From positions 1-44,506 of the forward strand of contig MU271518.1 in assembly GCA_021432655.1 (NCBI GenBank): a stretch of 44,506 nt of DNA. Direction: 5' to 3'. The notes under the pieces were generated by a model. It saw nothing but the letters and a program-made list of their open reading frames with translations. It did not search any database and had not been told where the DNA came from. The DNA is from Atractiella rhizophila. Taxonomy: Eukaryota. Both the position numbers and the translations under genes were made by a program. Positions within the stretch are counted from its first letter, which is position 1, and every line of letters begins with the position of its first letter. Shown in pieces: positions 19,500 to 31,825 of this stretch.

Positions 19500-20653
19500 G
19501 CTGAGGGTCGTTATAATTTTCGTTTGATCGTCACCTGTTAAGAATTAGTAACATATTTCTCGAACGGACTAAATGAGTAGTATAGATGCTCCAGAGGGAT
19601 CCTTCTATCACGATTATAGGCATATATGCTGTTCGTTGGCTCCACCAACTGAGGAGATTAACTTCCAAAGCGTGTTGATAGCCCACAATAATGAGGCGTT
19701 TCCCCTGATAACACGAGGGTCTTCCTTAGGGAAAACATCAGGTTATCATGCACATTCGTTCGTCGATCATGTTAATAAAGCGAGGAAGAGGAGAATCGGA
19801 ATCGGCAAGGGACCCGTCCCCTCTATGCTTTAGCCTCGCTTCGTCACCTAGCCTCAAGGACAGAATCTCCGAATGACGAGAATTCTTCCTCTTTTCTCTG
19901 AGTGAATGGATGACTGCCAAAACATTTCCACAAGCAAGCTCTCTTCTCATCGCACAAGAAAAACACGCACCTAATCGTATTTTATACCCCTACCTATGTA
20001 CCTGCCGATGGCGTTTCCCTTCCTTCAAAAAGCTTTCGTCGCTTTTTGTAATGGAGACGGGAGAGAACCAGTGTTACGTCACATTCTCTCATCATTAAAT
20101 TGCTTCCGTCTTTACAAAAGGCCCGAACTTTCGAGTCGATCACTCTGGTGCAAGAATGGGAAACCACAACAATCTGTCAATCCGGGGAACTGCCCTTGCT
20201 AGTGAGTCTTCATAAGAATCACCACGAGCTCTGACTTTTTGGGAGTGTCCCTAGTCGATTTTTGAGAGAATCTGTAAAAGCCCAATGGACACAAGAGATC
20301 ACATTGTTCATCGTGAACAAGTTGATTCACGGTTGATCTTTCAATCGATTGCCAGAGATGGCTCAGAGTTGTTTTGTTCTTGCAGTCTGGACTCTGGCGT
20401 GAAGAATTATACTTCGCATGTCAACAGAGGATTCATCGCTGGGCTGTCGCTGGTCAGTCGTGATCAGAGTATCGGTGGTTGTGCCCTTTGCGCTGCCAGA
20501 AGCTGTTATGGCGCTGTCCTAGTACTGCGGTCATGGCACAGACGATGATTTCCATATTGGTGCTTTGCAAAATTTGCAGATCGTCACGATTTAGATTGTA
20601 GTTTCAATAGAATCAAGGCTGACTTCTGAAAGCTTGAGCGCCAGCAATAAGGA

Positions 20654-22344
20654 ATGGACGATCCTGCTGGCTTCAATAAAGCGCTCTCCTCGCTACTCTC
20701 TATAGTCTCAGAGCATCGACAGAGCATCACGTCTCTCCCCATCATTCCACCGAGCCTCCCTAGTACCCACGGAATACCCACTGCCCTCCCCGAAGACCCA
20801 CAAGGGCTTGAAGCGACTTTGTCACTGCTCAAGGACGAAATTATACCACGATTGGGGACCTGGAATGGACCTAGATTTTTCGGCTTTGTCACAGGAGGAG
20901 TGACGGATGCTGCACTTCGTGAGTCTCGTTCTTTTCCCACTCCACTCCATGTTTGAGAAAAGGAAAATTAAGCTGAAACACCAGTGGCTGACATGCTCAC
21001 CCCTTCTCTCGATAAAAGCGTCCAGCTCAATCTCCCGACCGACTCCCTCCCCATCCTCATCGAAGCGCTTACCCTCCACTTCGTCCTCTCCCTCCTCGCA
21101 CCATCATCCTCTCCCACACTTCTTCAGGAGCGCTTCCCAGGCCGTACGCTCACAACTGGCGCGACAGCGTCTAACGTCCTTGGGCTGACGTGTGGGAGGG
21201 ATTGGACGTTGAGACAGTTTGGAGTAGATGTAGCCGTCGAGGGATACTCGGGAAGAAAAGTTATTGTCCTACACGCTGGTGCCCATGCGAGCGTGAAGAA
21301 GGCGGCTGCATTGGTTGGAATTGGGAAAGGAAATTGTCTCGATTTCGGCGGTGGTGGAGGAAGAGAGTGGGACTTCGACTTTGGGAGATTGGAGGAGAGG
21401 TTGGAAGAGGCAAAGGAGAGCAAAGAAGGTGTTATTGTTGTTGCTCAAATGGGAGAGGTCAACACTGTATGTGATTCTGCCTGTTCTGCTGTGTCTGCTC
21501 TGCATGGATCTGAATCATATAGGGAGGAATGACTTCTGAACTTCCGAAGATCAGGAACTTGTGCGACAAATATACAGCATGGCTGCATATTGATGGAGGT
21601 TTGGGTTTCCTCTCTTCTTTTCGCGGCGATCACACTAAAGAGGACGGACGAATAGCCTTTGGTGCCTTCGCTGCCCTTATCCCGTCCAACTTTCCCACGG
21701 TTTCAACTGATCTCGCGCTTGGTGATTCCATCACCATGGATGGCCACAAATGGTTGAACGTTCCATACGACTGTGGGCTCTTCTACTGCCGTTCTGCCTC
21801 TCTCCAAACCGGCACATTTTCCATCAACGCATCCTATCTCTCCACTGGCAAAAGAACTCACGACATCGACGCTCCGCTTATCGATCCCCTTCCACCTCTC
21901 CAAGACATGATGGACTCCATCGAAAGTCCACTCAATCTAGGAATAGAAAACTCCCGCCGTTTCCGCGCACTTCCCCTATTCGCCTCCCTCTTCTCCTTAG
22001 GCCGTTCGGGTTACACAGAACTTATCTCTCGCAACGTGTCCTTCGCCCGACAAATCGTTTCTTGGCTGAAAGGGCAGGAAGCTTACGAAGTGCTCCTGCC
22101 AGACGATATGCAGGTGCTCAATGTTGTTTTATTCAAATCGAAGCGAGGGAAGAGCGGTGAGATGGTAAGACTCATTAACGCCAGTGGAAAGATGTTTGTC
22201 ACGCCAACGAAGTGGAGAGGGGAGGATGCGGCTAGATTGGCAGTGTCTAATTGGATGACTGGCTTAGATCATGGTAAGGGGGAAGCGGAGGATTGGGAGA
22301 TTGTGCAACAGGTACTCGAGCAGGTTGCAATGGAACTGAAGTGA
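20654..22344 (+). CDS. Group II PLP-dependent amino-acid decarboxylase
   Basis: GPRFFGFVTGG, GATASNVLGL, AHASVKKAA, GEVNTGG, WLHIDGAFG, DSITMDGHKWLNVPYDCG (PLP lysine) and ENSRRFRALP; three introns. Confidence 0.9.
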
Positions 22345-22502
22345 TCAAATCCTGAAAACTTGGCGAGAATAAGCGGGTGAACGAGCATGCTGGCAGCAAG
22401 CTTGCATAGACATGGGCAGTCCATAATCACATTACATATGAGCATCAATATCCTACTGGGAATCATAATCCAACTAAATTACCTAAATTCTAAATCCTTT
22501 TT

Positions 22503-25500
22503 TCAAGCCGAACTTCCTTTCCCGTGCTTGGCTTCTGACAATGCCTTGCTAGCACTGATTGTAGGCACAATTTTCCGCAACGCTCTCTTCCGCTCTTTCA
22601 GCATCGGCAAGGTCATCTTCTCCCTCTCAGTAGGGAATGCGCTCATAGCTTCTCTTTGTGGCCGTTCCCTTTCCCGAAAGGATGAAACTTCAGGGGACGC
22701 CTCCTCCATCGTAAGGGTGGGTAAATCACTGGTCTTCACGCTTAACGTCCCACTACTGGGTGCAAGAGTCTTCCGTTTAGTAGCTACCTTCCGCTTCGGA
22801 CGGTCACCGATGGGAGATGAAAGAGGCTGGTCGTCCTCGGGTGCAGAGAGAGAAAGAGAAGCAGAAGGTGAGTGTGATGAGTATGTGGAACCGTCGCGTG
22901 TATTAACCGTCAAACGTTTTGCCGGCGTAGATTGTGCGCTTGCACTAGAGTCTCGTGCGGGGGGATTGATGAGCGTAACACTTTTCCTCCCTCTACGACC
23001 CATCTCGTCCACTTCTTCTCTGCTAGCCTCTCCATCATCGTCTCCACCCGGCAACGTCAGCTCGGGAGTTGGCGAAGGTGCTCGAAAATCGGAAAGCCTG
23101 GGAGTGTTGATTCGTTCGGACGCCGGAACATCATCGTCAGCAGCCACCGTGGCTCCTCTTAACTTTGACCTCCCTAACCCAAGCTCTGGGTACTTTCCTT
23201 TCCTTGGTTCGATAGCGGACAGCGGCCCTTGGACGGGTGTGTCGGAAAGAACCCATCCTCTCCCTCTCACTCGCCCTGCTCCGCCATCGGGTGCTGCACT
23301 TAGCGGTGCACCATCCCTGGAAGAAATCCGAGTATTGGATGTGAAACTTTCGGTCGAGGGGAAATCCGCAGGAGGTATGGTTCCTAAGCTCGCAAATCTC
23401 GAGTTAGCAGATGTTGGCGTGTCGAAGGGAGTTTCGACGAATGCAGCTCCTCCTGCACTTGTTGCTGCTTGGTCAGAATGCGAACGAGAATGCCCCAACG
23501 GAATTGATAGCGAGAGTTTAGGTTGTTCCTTCGATTCAGTGCGATAGTGTCTTCCTCCCACATTACCAGCGCTTGTGGAGGCGATAGGAGATCGAGGTGG
23601 GAGGTCATCAGCATACGATCCGTAGGTCGTGGAACTGATAGAATCTCCACGATAGTGAAGAGAGGAACTAAGTACTGGCGAACGGGGCACATCTATGAGA
23701 GAGGTGGATGGAATGGGAGAGAGGAGAGGAGAGATAGAGCGACGCATTGACTGCCGCCTAGACCCTGGAGGAGAGATTGAGGGTTCCCTGGACGATGATC
23801 GCATGCTTGAACCAAGCAATAGAGGCTTAGGACCGGCGGTTCCTCCACGCGTCGGTGACTTGGGGAAAGACTGAACATTCAACGGCGTTGGAGGCTCCGC
23901 GTTCAGGGAAGTAGTTTGAATGGGATCTGGAGATCCGAAGGTCATTGCGCCGGCAAAAGATGTTGAAGGTGGTTGGAAAGGCGGGTCATGATCAGGGCTA
24001 TCTGGACGGGCAGGCTTGGGGAATATCGAAGGCGCTGCGACGGACAAATTTGTAGCTGCAATGGTGGCATCCTTCCTGAGTTTCTCGGCTGCTGCCGCTG
24101 CATCCTGCCTCATCTTCTCCATTGCTGATGGTGCCTGTTCTCTCCATAAAGAGGCAGTGACAGAGAGATTGGACATAGATTTGGAGAGTTGGGCAGCAGC
24201 GTCTGACTCCTGCACCTTGCGCAGTCGATCACCTGCGTACTTCTTCCAATAATCCACAGTTCCCTCTCCGTCATCCCGAATCTCGGGTAACGGCTTCTCA
24301 GGCACGGCGGGAGGTGCTGTCACCGCAGAAAGGTCAGACACAACGCTTCCCGTCTCGTCGGTCACCATAAGGTGGGTGGGGCGGAGATCCACGCTTTGTG
24401 GCCGTCGAATTCGAGAGACGTAGCTCGAAGCCTGATTCGTTGCTTCCGCAAATCTCTTCCTTGCGTTTCCCAAGTTCCCCATTCCAAACTTGGCTCCCCA
24501 GCCGGTCGAAGCCTGAGGCACGACCGTATCTGCGCTTTCCATTTCTTCATCCGAGTTTTCTGGAGGAGAAACGCCCATCATGGACGCTGCAAGTTTGCGT
24601 TCGCGCTACATGGCCCGTTAGGATTCTCAAGCTGTTGTGGCGAATAACGCACGATGACCAAAGCATTCTTGATCAGTTGATCAACGTCGTCAATGGACGG
24701 CCGTTGAAGAATCCCCATGCAGACAGCAAAGTTTGAGGTAAGAATTCGTTCTTTCTCTCTCAGGACCATGGCACAGCAAATATCGACCAGAAACTCTAAG
24801 GTCGGCGAGAGTGATCCGCCAGATATGGTTTCTTCATCTGGTAGAGGTATGAGGGCAAAGAGGACATCCCTAAATCACTTGTAAGACTGCGCTCACACCG
24901 CTGATGAAATCTGACCATATTCGAATGACCTCAGGTAATGGGAACTCTTGTGACAACAGGGTGGTTAGCCATCGAAAGGCATAAAACGACGGCTTCACTC
25001 CCTTCTCTCTAAGTGCCTTCCAAACCGAGACATCAAGCCACTTAAGTTGAAGCGTAAACTGTCACGACCACAGTACTATTTAACACCAACAGACGCCGTA
25101 AAAGTGGTAAAAAACGCACCTTCCTCAGTGTGAAACCTATTCCAGTTTTCTCTTTCCCTTTTCCACGTCCAGGACCAGGAGCCGCGCCTCTACCCCTCGC
25201 TTCCGTCCAAGCGCTTTGCGAACCATCCACGTCCCCGTCCAAACTCGTCGTGAACAGATCCCGGATTTCTGCCATGAGACCTGAAAAGCACCAGAAAGCG
25301 TCTGCTTCGCTGTGCGCCGTATTCTCACCAGATGTGTCGTGGGCCAGTACGAAATAGATTGGTGCTAGGAGCTCGTTCTGCCAACACGAATTCGTCAACT
25401 CTCACTTGCTAAACCGAGGCTAGCATGTAAACACGAACCATTCCCTGCACATACCCTATTCCAGGGTTGAGCACAGCATAGATATAAAGTATTCGTTCGA

Positions 25501-27139
25501 GGGCTTCCCAATGCAAATCAACTCTCTCCGCTTGCTCTTCCATATGTTCAGAGATAGGGCTCATATCCATCACACTCTCGCTCGTTTCTGTCATATCGAA
25601 GGAAGGGACGCTGGAAGGGACCGTAATATCGGTCGCGATAGAGTATCGATCCTCCGGAGAACGCGTGGTCGGCGCACTTGCGCGAACCGTGTCCTCTCTC
25701 TTCAGTCCTCCCGGCCCATTTCGAGCTTTGATGGTTCGTTGTCTCCTCTTGCGACTTCGTCGAACGTCCTCTTCATCGAGCTGAGGGAATATCTTTTCTA
25801 ATCGATCGAAGAGAGCGCGTCGATTCGCTACCGTTCGGACGGATGCTATTGATGGCGGCGAGAGGGGAGAAGAGGGATGGGCGGGAGTGGGGTTTGTGAA
25901 GAACGACAGAGATAGATGTGTTCGCTGGACGTCCTTATCGATTGCTATGAGGAATTGATCGGAGGTCGAAAGGACTTCCTGTTTAGGATGGAGTGGATCA
26001 GCATTGATATATGCCCACATGTTCGCCTGGTAAGAGAAGGGAGGAAGTATGTGGGTAAACAGCATGGTCCATCCTACAACAACATTGAAAAAGAAGCATG
26101 CAGTGTTTGTTCTTTCTAAAGTGCGCAACTCCGTTCACTGCAAAGGAGTTTACAGTGGTGGCCACAATCATCGCGCTCCAACCAAGTGATAGATTCAGCT
26201 CCCTATCGTTCTTGTTCCAAGAAAGGTACTTATTAGATACAAAGCTCGCTGATCTGAGGTAATTCGGATGCTAGGAGAAACAGGAACAGACACTCGAGAT
26301 TTCCGTGCCAGCATGTAATAATGGATCGTTGAACTAGATGCAGTCAATTCCGTTAATGCGTCAGAGAGACGCATGAGTTCTAACGAATGCAAGATGGTAA
26401 ATGGGATTAAGGAACGTAAATACAGGAACCATAATGCTGAGCCAGAAGACGGGATGTGCCTCGAAACATTCTGAGCATCATGTTATGTCCAAAAAGGTCA
26501 TCGACATCATTGATGTTTCTGCAAAGGCGTATATGCCCTTAGAACAAGCTTAATTAATGCCTGTCGCTAACATGAGGTTTGAGTTCAGAGCCTGGCGTGC
26601 ATCTGCACAGGATTGTCGGCAGGGCCGAGCAGAAAGACTGTCAACTTGGAGCTGCCAATTTGATAGCTGCACCCATTCACGGTTCCTTCACTATCAAATG
26701 AGCTGGAGCTTTATAACACCAAACAAAGTGTGTTGGAGCAAGTCCAGATGTAAACGCCATTGATCGCACAGAATGGATCAGTAGTAGCGACTTGTCAACA
26801 AACAAACAAGCAAGCCAATTCCTTTGAATAAGCTACAGCTCGCTTGGCCTCACTTTCCTCAGATAACAAGATACATACCTCTCCTTCGCCTTCCTCCCTT
26901 TCGTGTCCCTGTTCCACGCTCAACCTCCCCAGAACGCCTTCCAGAAGCGCATAATACTGCTCTCTCCCCTTCTCGCTGCCCTCCTCTGCCTCTTTAGCTT
27001 TCTTCGAATGCACACTCAACCACCTCCTCCACAACCCTCCCCTCACAGAGCTTCCTCCAGCATGCGCATGAGAATCGGGAATGCCGTGAGCGAGGACATA
27101 GGAGCGGAGCTGGGAAGGCGGGAGGGAGAGCAAATCCAT
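22503..27139 (-). CDS. TBC-domain Rab GTPase-activating protein with long Ser/Pro-rich disordered C-terminus
   Basis: HGIPD...RGGLWRRWL, IDKDVQRT (Arg finger), YVQGMNE (Gln finger, split by an intron), EADAFWCF, YAFRWLTTLLSQEF and VIRIW, spliced in frame to the 692-aa ORF 22503-24581. The first intron is inferred at 25979-26878. Confidence 0.85.
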
Positions 27140-28656
27140 GGTGCTTTCGTGTTCTGTGGTATTAATATTATTCGTCGCAATTGGATGTTGAGTGGCCGGT
27201 AAAAGAAAGTGGTTTTGGGGCTGGTTTGGAGGAAAGTCGGAGTATGTCGTGCGTCTGGTCGTTGCTGTTGCTTGTCCAGCTCACGTGCGATCGAGACCCG
27301 AACAACCCTCTCGCTATCTCGCGCGCCCATGCGCCTTCCTGCGCGATTTCGGCCATTGTATTGTTATATTGATTGAGAAGGATGGTATTTTGAGTATGGA
27401 GCATTGCATCGAGTGGGTCTAGGGAGGTTTGAGTGGTCTCAGCAAATAAAGTGAGCGCTTGCTGCCTTCGATCGTTTCAGAGGCGGACAGCCAGAGAGCG
27501 CTTTGGATTCAGTTAAACTGAATTAATGGATTAATCTACAAGTTGGATGTCTCTTGGACTCAAGAAAGCCGTTGACCGAAGCCTATGAGCGTGCAAGACT
27601 ACACGCTATTTCTTCGTCGAGAGAAATTTACCCTTCAACTATCACCTTAAGTGTTTCGGTAGGTGCGGCCTGTAACTCTCCCAAGGCTTCTTGATCTGTT
27701 GGAGATTGGTTGGCGAGGAACTTGACCAAGTTGATTTGACAGCAAGAAATGTGGGGGAATGAGCTGCAATTGCGTTAGTCGAAGGCTGAGAGCGCTGCGA
27801 TTTAGAAGATAATTTGGATTGACATCCTTCAACTTGAAGGTTCCTTCTATGCTCACAAATACAAAAGTGTGTGCTGTGCTTGATATGTTTCAAAATGCTT
27901 GCATCAATGATTTAATGTTCTTGAAGGCTGTTACCAACTGTTTCTGAGGTAAACTTGGTCTTTGTAGTTGCTGAGTGTGCATTCTTCCATTCTTCATTCG
28001 TTGCAGAATGTTTCGGTTAACGGCTAAAACTGCATCCTCCACTGAACACAGGAATTGACCCATCCTTCAAGTTCTACCTCCACTTCGATTGTCGGAGGAT
28101 GTGGAGCCAGTCGCCTCGGAACCAGTAATCAGTCATGGCCATTTCGGCGTGAGAAATGTGCGATCCTGCTATCTTGTCATCCTCGCAAAGTGGAAGCATA
28201 ATTCATCAATGGCATCAAGAATCCGAGTGACAGAAGCGGCGGGCAGTCATCTCGTTCGGTCGCTCGTTCTCTCGCTCGCCTAGTCCGTCCCGATGTCTGG
28301 CCGAGACCTCTCCCCGACTTCTAGCTGCTGCAGGATTGGGAACGCGGTAGCTGACTGTCAGAGATGTGGCGAGACAGTAACCGACGTCCAATCTGCGCGT
28401 GGTCGACAGAGAACTCCAAAGGAGGACGTTGGTGTGGTTCAGGAACCGGTAGGAACCGATGATAGCTCCAATCAGTCAGCCCACCATCATTTCTTGAAGG
28501 AACAAAGCCATCACTGTCATCCTTGTGCGTGCTGATGGAAGAGATTCTGTCCCGCGTCTTAAAAGGGAGACCCGTTCAAGATTGCCTACACAATTCAATT
28601 CGAGGAACGACTTGCAGTTCAGGAAATTTGTTTCGAATCAGCCATTAAAGCTCAGG

Positions 28657-29890
28657 ATGTCTCAACTTGGAGTCTTTTTCACTGGGGACACAACGGAGGT
28701 GAAATCAGTTCCAAAATATGCCCCCGAAAAAGGTCAAGTTCTCGTCAAGAACGTAGCCGTAGCTTCGAATCCCAAGGACTGGAAGTACCCTGCTTGGGTG
28801 AAGACCTGGACGGCCGTAGAGGGTAGTGATGTGGCTGGCTACGTTGAAGAGGTAGGAGAGGGAGTGACAGATTTCAAGAAGGGTGATCAGGTTCGTTTCT
28901 GGCTGTTCCCATTTGAACCTTCCAAGTTGATGGCAACATTGCAGGTAGCTGGATTCTCCGAGATGGTCAAGCATTCCAAGTTTGGAGCGTATCAACAATA
29001 CACTATCGTTCCCGACCACACCCTCTTCCAACTTCCTCGTGGATGTTCCTTCGAAGAAGCCGCAACCTACCCATTGGCTTTCATGACTGCCGCTCTTGGT
29101 AAGGGTCTTCTCCGTCTCGCTCGCCGGAGAACGCCTGCCTGCATTAATGACCTCTTGGACAGGACTCTTTGAATCTCTCAAACTCCCCACACCTCTGGAA
29201 CCAGTTGCCCCAGCTGATAAATTCCCCATCATTATTTGGGGGGCGAGCACAAGTGTAGGTGCATACGCTGTTCAGCTCGCGAAGGCAGCCGGATTAGATG
29301 TCATTGGAGTTGCTGGAAGCAGTGGAGATTATGCGAAAGAACTGGGAGCTGACGAAGGTGAACCTTTTCCCTACGGGAAGCGAAACATTTTGTTGATGAA
29401 GAAAATAGTCATCGACTATCGTGGTAAATCTGCTCAAGAAATGGCAGCTGCCTTCAAATCTGCTCTGGGCGGTCGAGGAGCACAAGTTACCAGAGTTTTC
29501 GACACGATCTCGGAGACCAGCTCACTCGTCCCCATCGTCGAGTTCCTCTCTTCCAACCCTGCTCCAAGCAAGATCACTACCATCCTACTCACCCCAGTCA
29601 CTCTACCAGAAGACGGGCGGATCGAGAATGTTCCCACGTACGTCAAGTCAGTGCACGAGAAGGAACTTGCCTACGCCGGCACCATCCTTCCTTATGAAGG
29701 CGACTTTGCGAAGAAATGGTATCGTTGGCTTAGCCAAGAGGGCAAGAAGACAATCAAGCCCAACCGTGTGAAGTTAATACCCAGAGGTCTTAATGGTGTA
29801 GGTGAGGGTATGAAACTGCTTAGAGAGGGGAAAATCAATGCAGCGAAACTTGTTTACCGCATAGATGATACTCAAAAAGGTTTGTTGTAA
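28657..29890 (+). CDS. Zinc-independent MDR oxidoreductase (enoyl-reductase-like), paralog 2
   Basis: MSQLGVFF..., VLVKNVAVASNPKDWK, IIIWGASTSVGAYAVQLAK and KINAAKLVYRI. Same three intron positions and same KGLL C-terminus as paralog 1. Confidence 0.9.
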
Positions 29891-30033
29891 CGCGGCGGCC
29901 GAGTTGGGGCAGAAAGTGTACCATGAAATAAAGAGACTTGCTCAATGCTGAATGAATCATCGATGAACCATCACGGACAAGGAAACTACAAATATGACGA
30001 TCAATTTAACATTCATTCAGTTTGGGTCATCTT

Positions 30034-31455
30034 TCACTCCAAATGAGAAAAGAGCTGAACCTGTTCTCTCTCACAAGCTTGCTCCAATCGATCTACATTC
30101 TTCAAACCTCGAACAGCCAGCTTCCACAGCCCACTTGGTCGTTCTTTTGATACAATCCACTGCTCTAGCTTCGTCTCAACGTCATCAGAGCCGATTGATT
30201 GAGCCAAAATTCGCTTCTTGTAATCGATTGAGAGGGCCCTCAAACCTTTTGGAAGATCTGAAAGAGAGGTGAGTTCGTGCTGAGGATCCATTACGTTTTT
30301 TGACCAGCTGGGAGGAAAAAATGTGACGTCTTCTAGGTAAGTATGGTCACGAAGCAGCTGTACGATGAAGGGTCGAAACTGAAGCTCTAGCTTGCGAAGT
30401 GGAGATTGGATGAGCGTCAAAATTGCAGGTTCATTGGCTATCTCCAGTTGTTCCTTCACGAAAGGATAGATGCGAAGCCCTTTCAGGGTTGGCAATGGCT
30501 CAAGCTTCTCCTCCCCGAGAGTAATTTTACAGCAAAAGATTGAAAGAATCCTGAGATTTGGAAACGAATATAGCATCGTGAATGCGAATGGGATGCTGTT
30601 CAAACGCAACGTTTGAAGATTTTCGAGCATCGCCCCTTTCCACGACAGTTCTACTCTAGGATCGATCAAGGTTGGTAGGGTGAATATCTCGAGCTCTTCT
30701 AAACATTTTAATGGATTGAGTTCGTACTGATATCGATAGGGTATCTTGAGTGTCTTCAGCATTGGAAAAAGTAAATCAAAAGGTAAATGTGGCGTTGAGC
30801 CCAGAAACACGACATCCGAAATAGCTGAATATCGATGCGCCAGTTCATGAAGCGTTGTGTCGTCTATATCCAATGTAAGGGGCCCGGCACGTTGCTCGAA
30901 GGTATTCAAGCTTCGAATCCAAAGGAGCATTTCGACGTCCATACGAACTTCGAATCTGCTCAGAACGAGTTTCTTAAGGTGCGGAAAGCGAGAGGGGAAG
31001 TCTCCAATCGACAGGCTATCATCGTACTCGCTCGTAGGAGGTCTGAAAGCCAATAACGGCGTTGAAGGCGTATCTTCAGGCACAGCGAGACTCAAGGTGC
31101 GAAGAGCCGAACTTCCTTCCGCCACGAACAAATCCAGAAATCGGCTGCAGTGGTGTACATGATTCCGAATCATTAGCCGGGTCACTCGTGTACCTAAGTT
31201 GAGGTAACTGCCATTGTCGACTAGCCAGTGGTAAAGTCGTCTCCCACCCAGGAGGCTACGAGAGAAGGAAAAGCTTCGCAAGGCGTGGGATTGCACCAAT
31301 GGCGACCAAAACTTGCAGACTAAAGCCGTGGAAAGAAAGCAGCGTAGCTCTAAGGGGTGAGGTGGCTCGTAGTCTTGCGGAAGCACAAATTCAAAGATGT
31401 AAGCTAAAAGATCGGAGGGCAGTTTGGAGATGGGAGATGTGGTTGACTCGTCCAT
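30034..31455 (-). CDS. Intronless F-box protein with LRR-like repeats
   Basis: N-terminal SPISKLPSDLLAYIFEFV...TALVCKFWSPLV, followed by repeated FPxLKxLxL/LENLQTLRL units; 473-aa open frame. Confidence 0.82.
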   Translation of the reverse strand: MDESTTSPISKLPSDLLAYIFEFVLPQDYEPPHPLELRCFLSTALVCKFWSPLVQSHALRSFSFSRSLLGGRRLYHWLVDNGSYLNLGTRVTRLMIRNHVHHCSRFLDLFVAEGSSALRTLSLAVPEDTPSTPLLAFRPPTSEYDDSLSIGDFPSRFPHLKKLVLSRFEVRMDVEMLLWIRSLNTFEQRAGPLTLDIDDTTLHELAHRYSAISDVVFLGSTPHLPFDLLFPMLKTLKIPYRYQYELNPLKCLEELEIFTLPTLIDPRVELSWKGAMLENLQTLRLNSIPFAFTMLYSFPNLRILSIFCCKITLGEEKLEPLPTLKGLRIYPFVKEQLEIANEPAILTLIQSPLRKLELQFRPFIVQLLRDHTYLEDVTFFPPSWSKNVMDPQHELTSLSDLPKGLRALSIDYKKRILAQSIGSDDVETKLEQWIVSKERPSGLWKLAVRGLKNVDRLEQACEREQVQLFSHLE

Positions 31456-31825
31456 AGTCTCGTTAATTTTGTTGGTCTAAAAGTAACATAAGAGTAAGCG
31501 CTATGCATTCATTGAAACTGCAACACCTGCGAATGATCAACATAGACGTCTTTACACAACATTTGACCATGCAATACCCAAACTTTTACTGTAATGCCAT
31601 GAGTGGCAAGCTTAGGGAGAGCCGCCACAGAATAGCAATGAGGTGCATACCGTAAGATCCTGCTTCAGAAGCGATCGTGGCTTTTGCGTTAAAATGGTTA
31701 GCACAATAATTAACTCAAACGGATGTGCTCGATGTGAAAATTGTGACAATTGTGCCAGTGAACTGTGATCAACTCTGATGAGCTTGTCTGAACTTGTTTA
31801 CATTGTTGGAACATCGGAACCAAAA

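Noticed and set aside
19700..20100. Minus-strand splice-like signals and short frames between the DUF1774-like and decarboxylase genes
   Set aside because: Could not assemble a stop-free gene model.
22387..23547. 386-aa + strand ORF antisense to the TBC tail
   Set aside because: Shadow frame of a Ser/Pro/Arg-rich coding region; no motif, and it starts within the decarboxylase 3' region.
27168..27404. Upstream ORFs (MAEIAQEG..., MGARDSER...) 5' of the TBC start
   Set aside because: Different frames from the TBC exon; without TSS data they cannot be called uORFs or exons.
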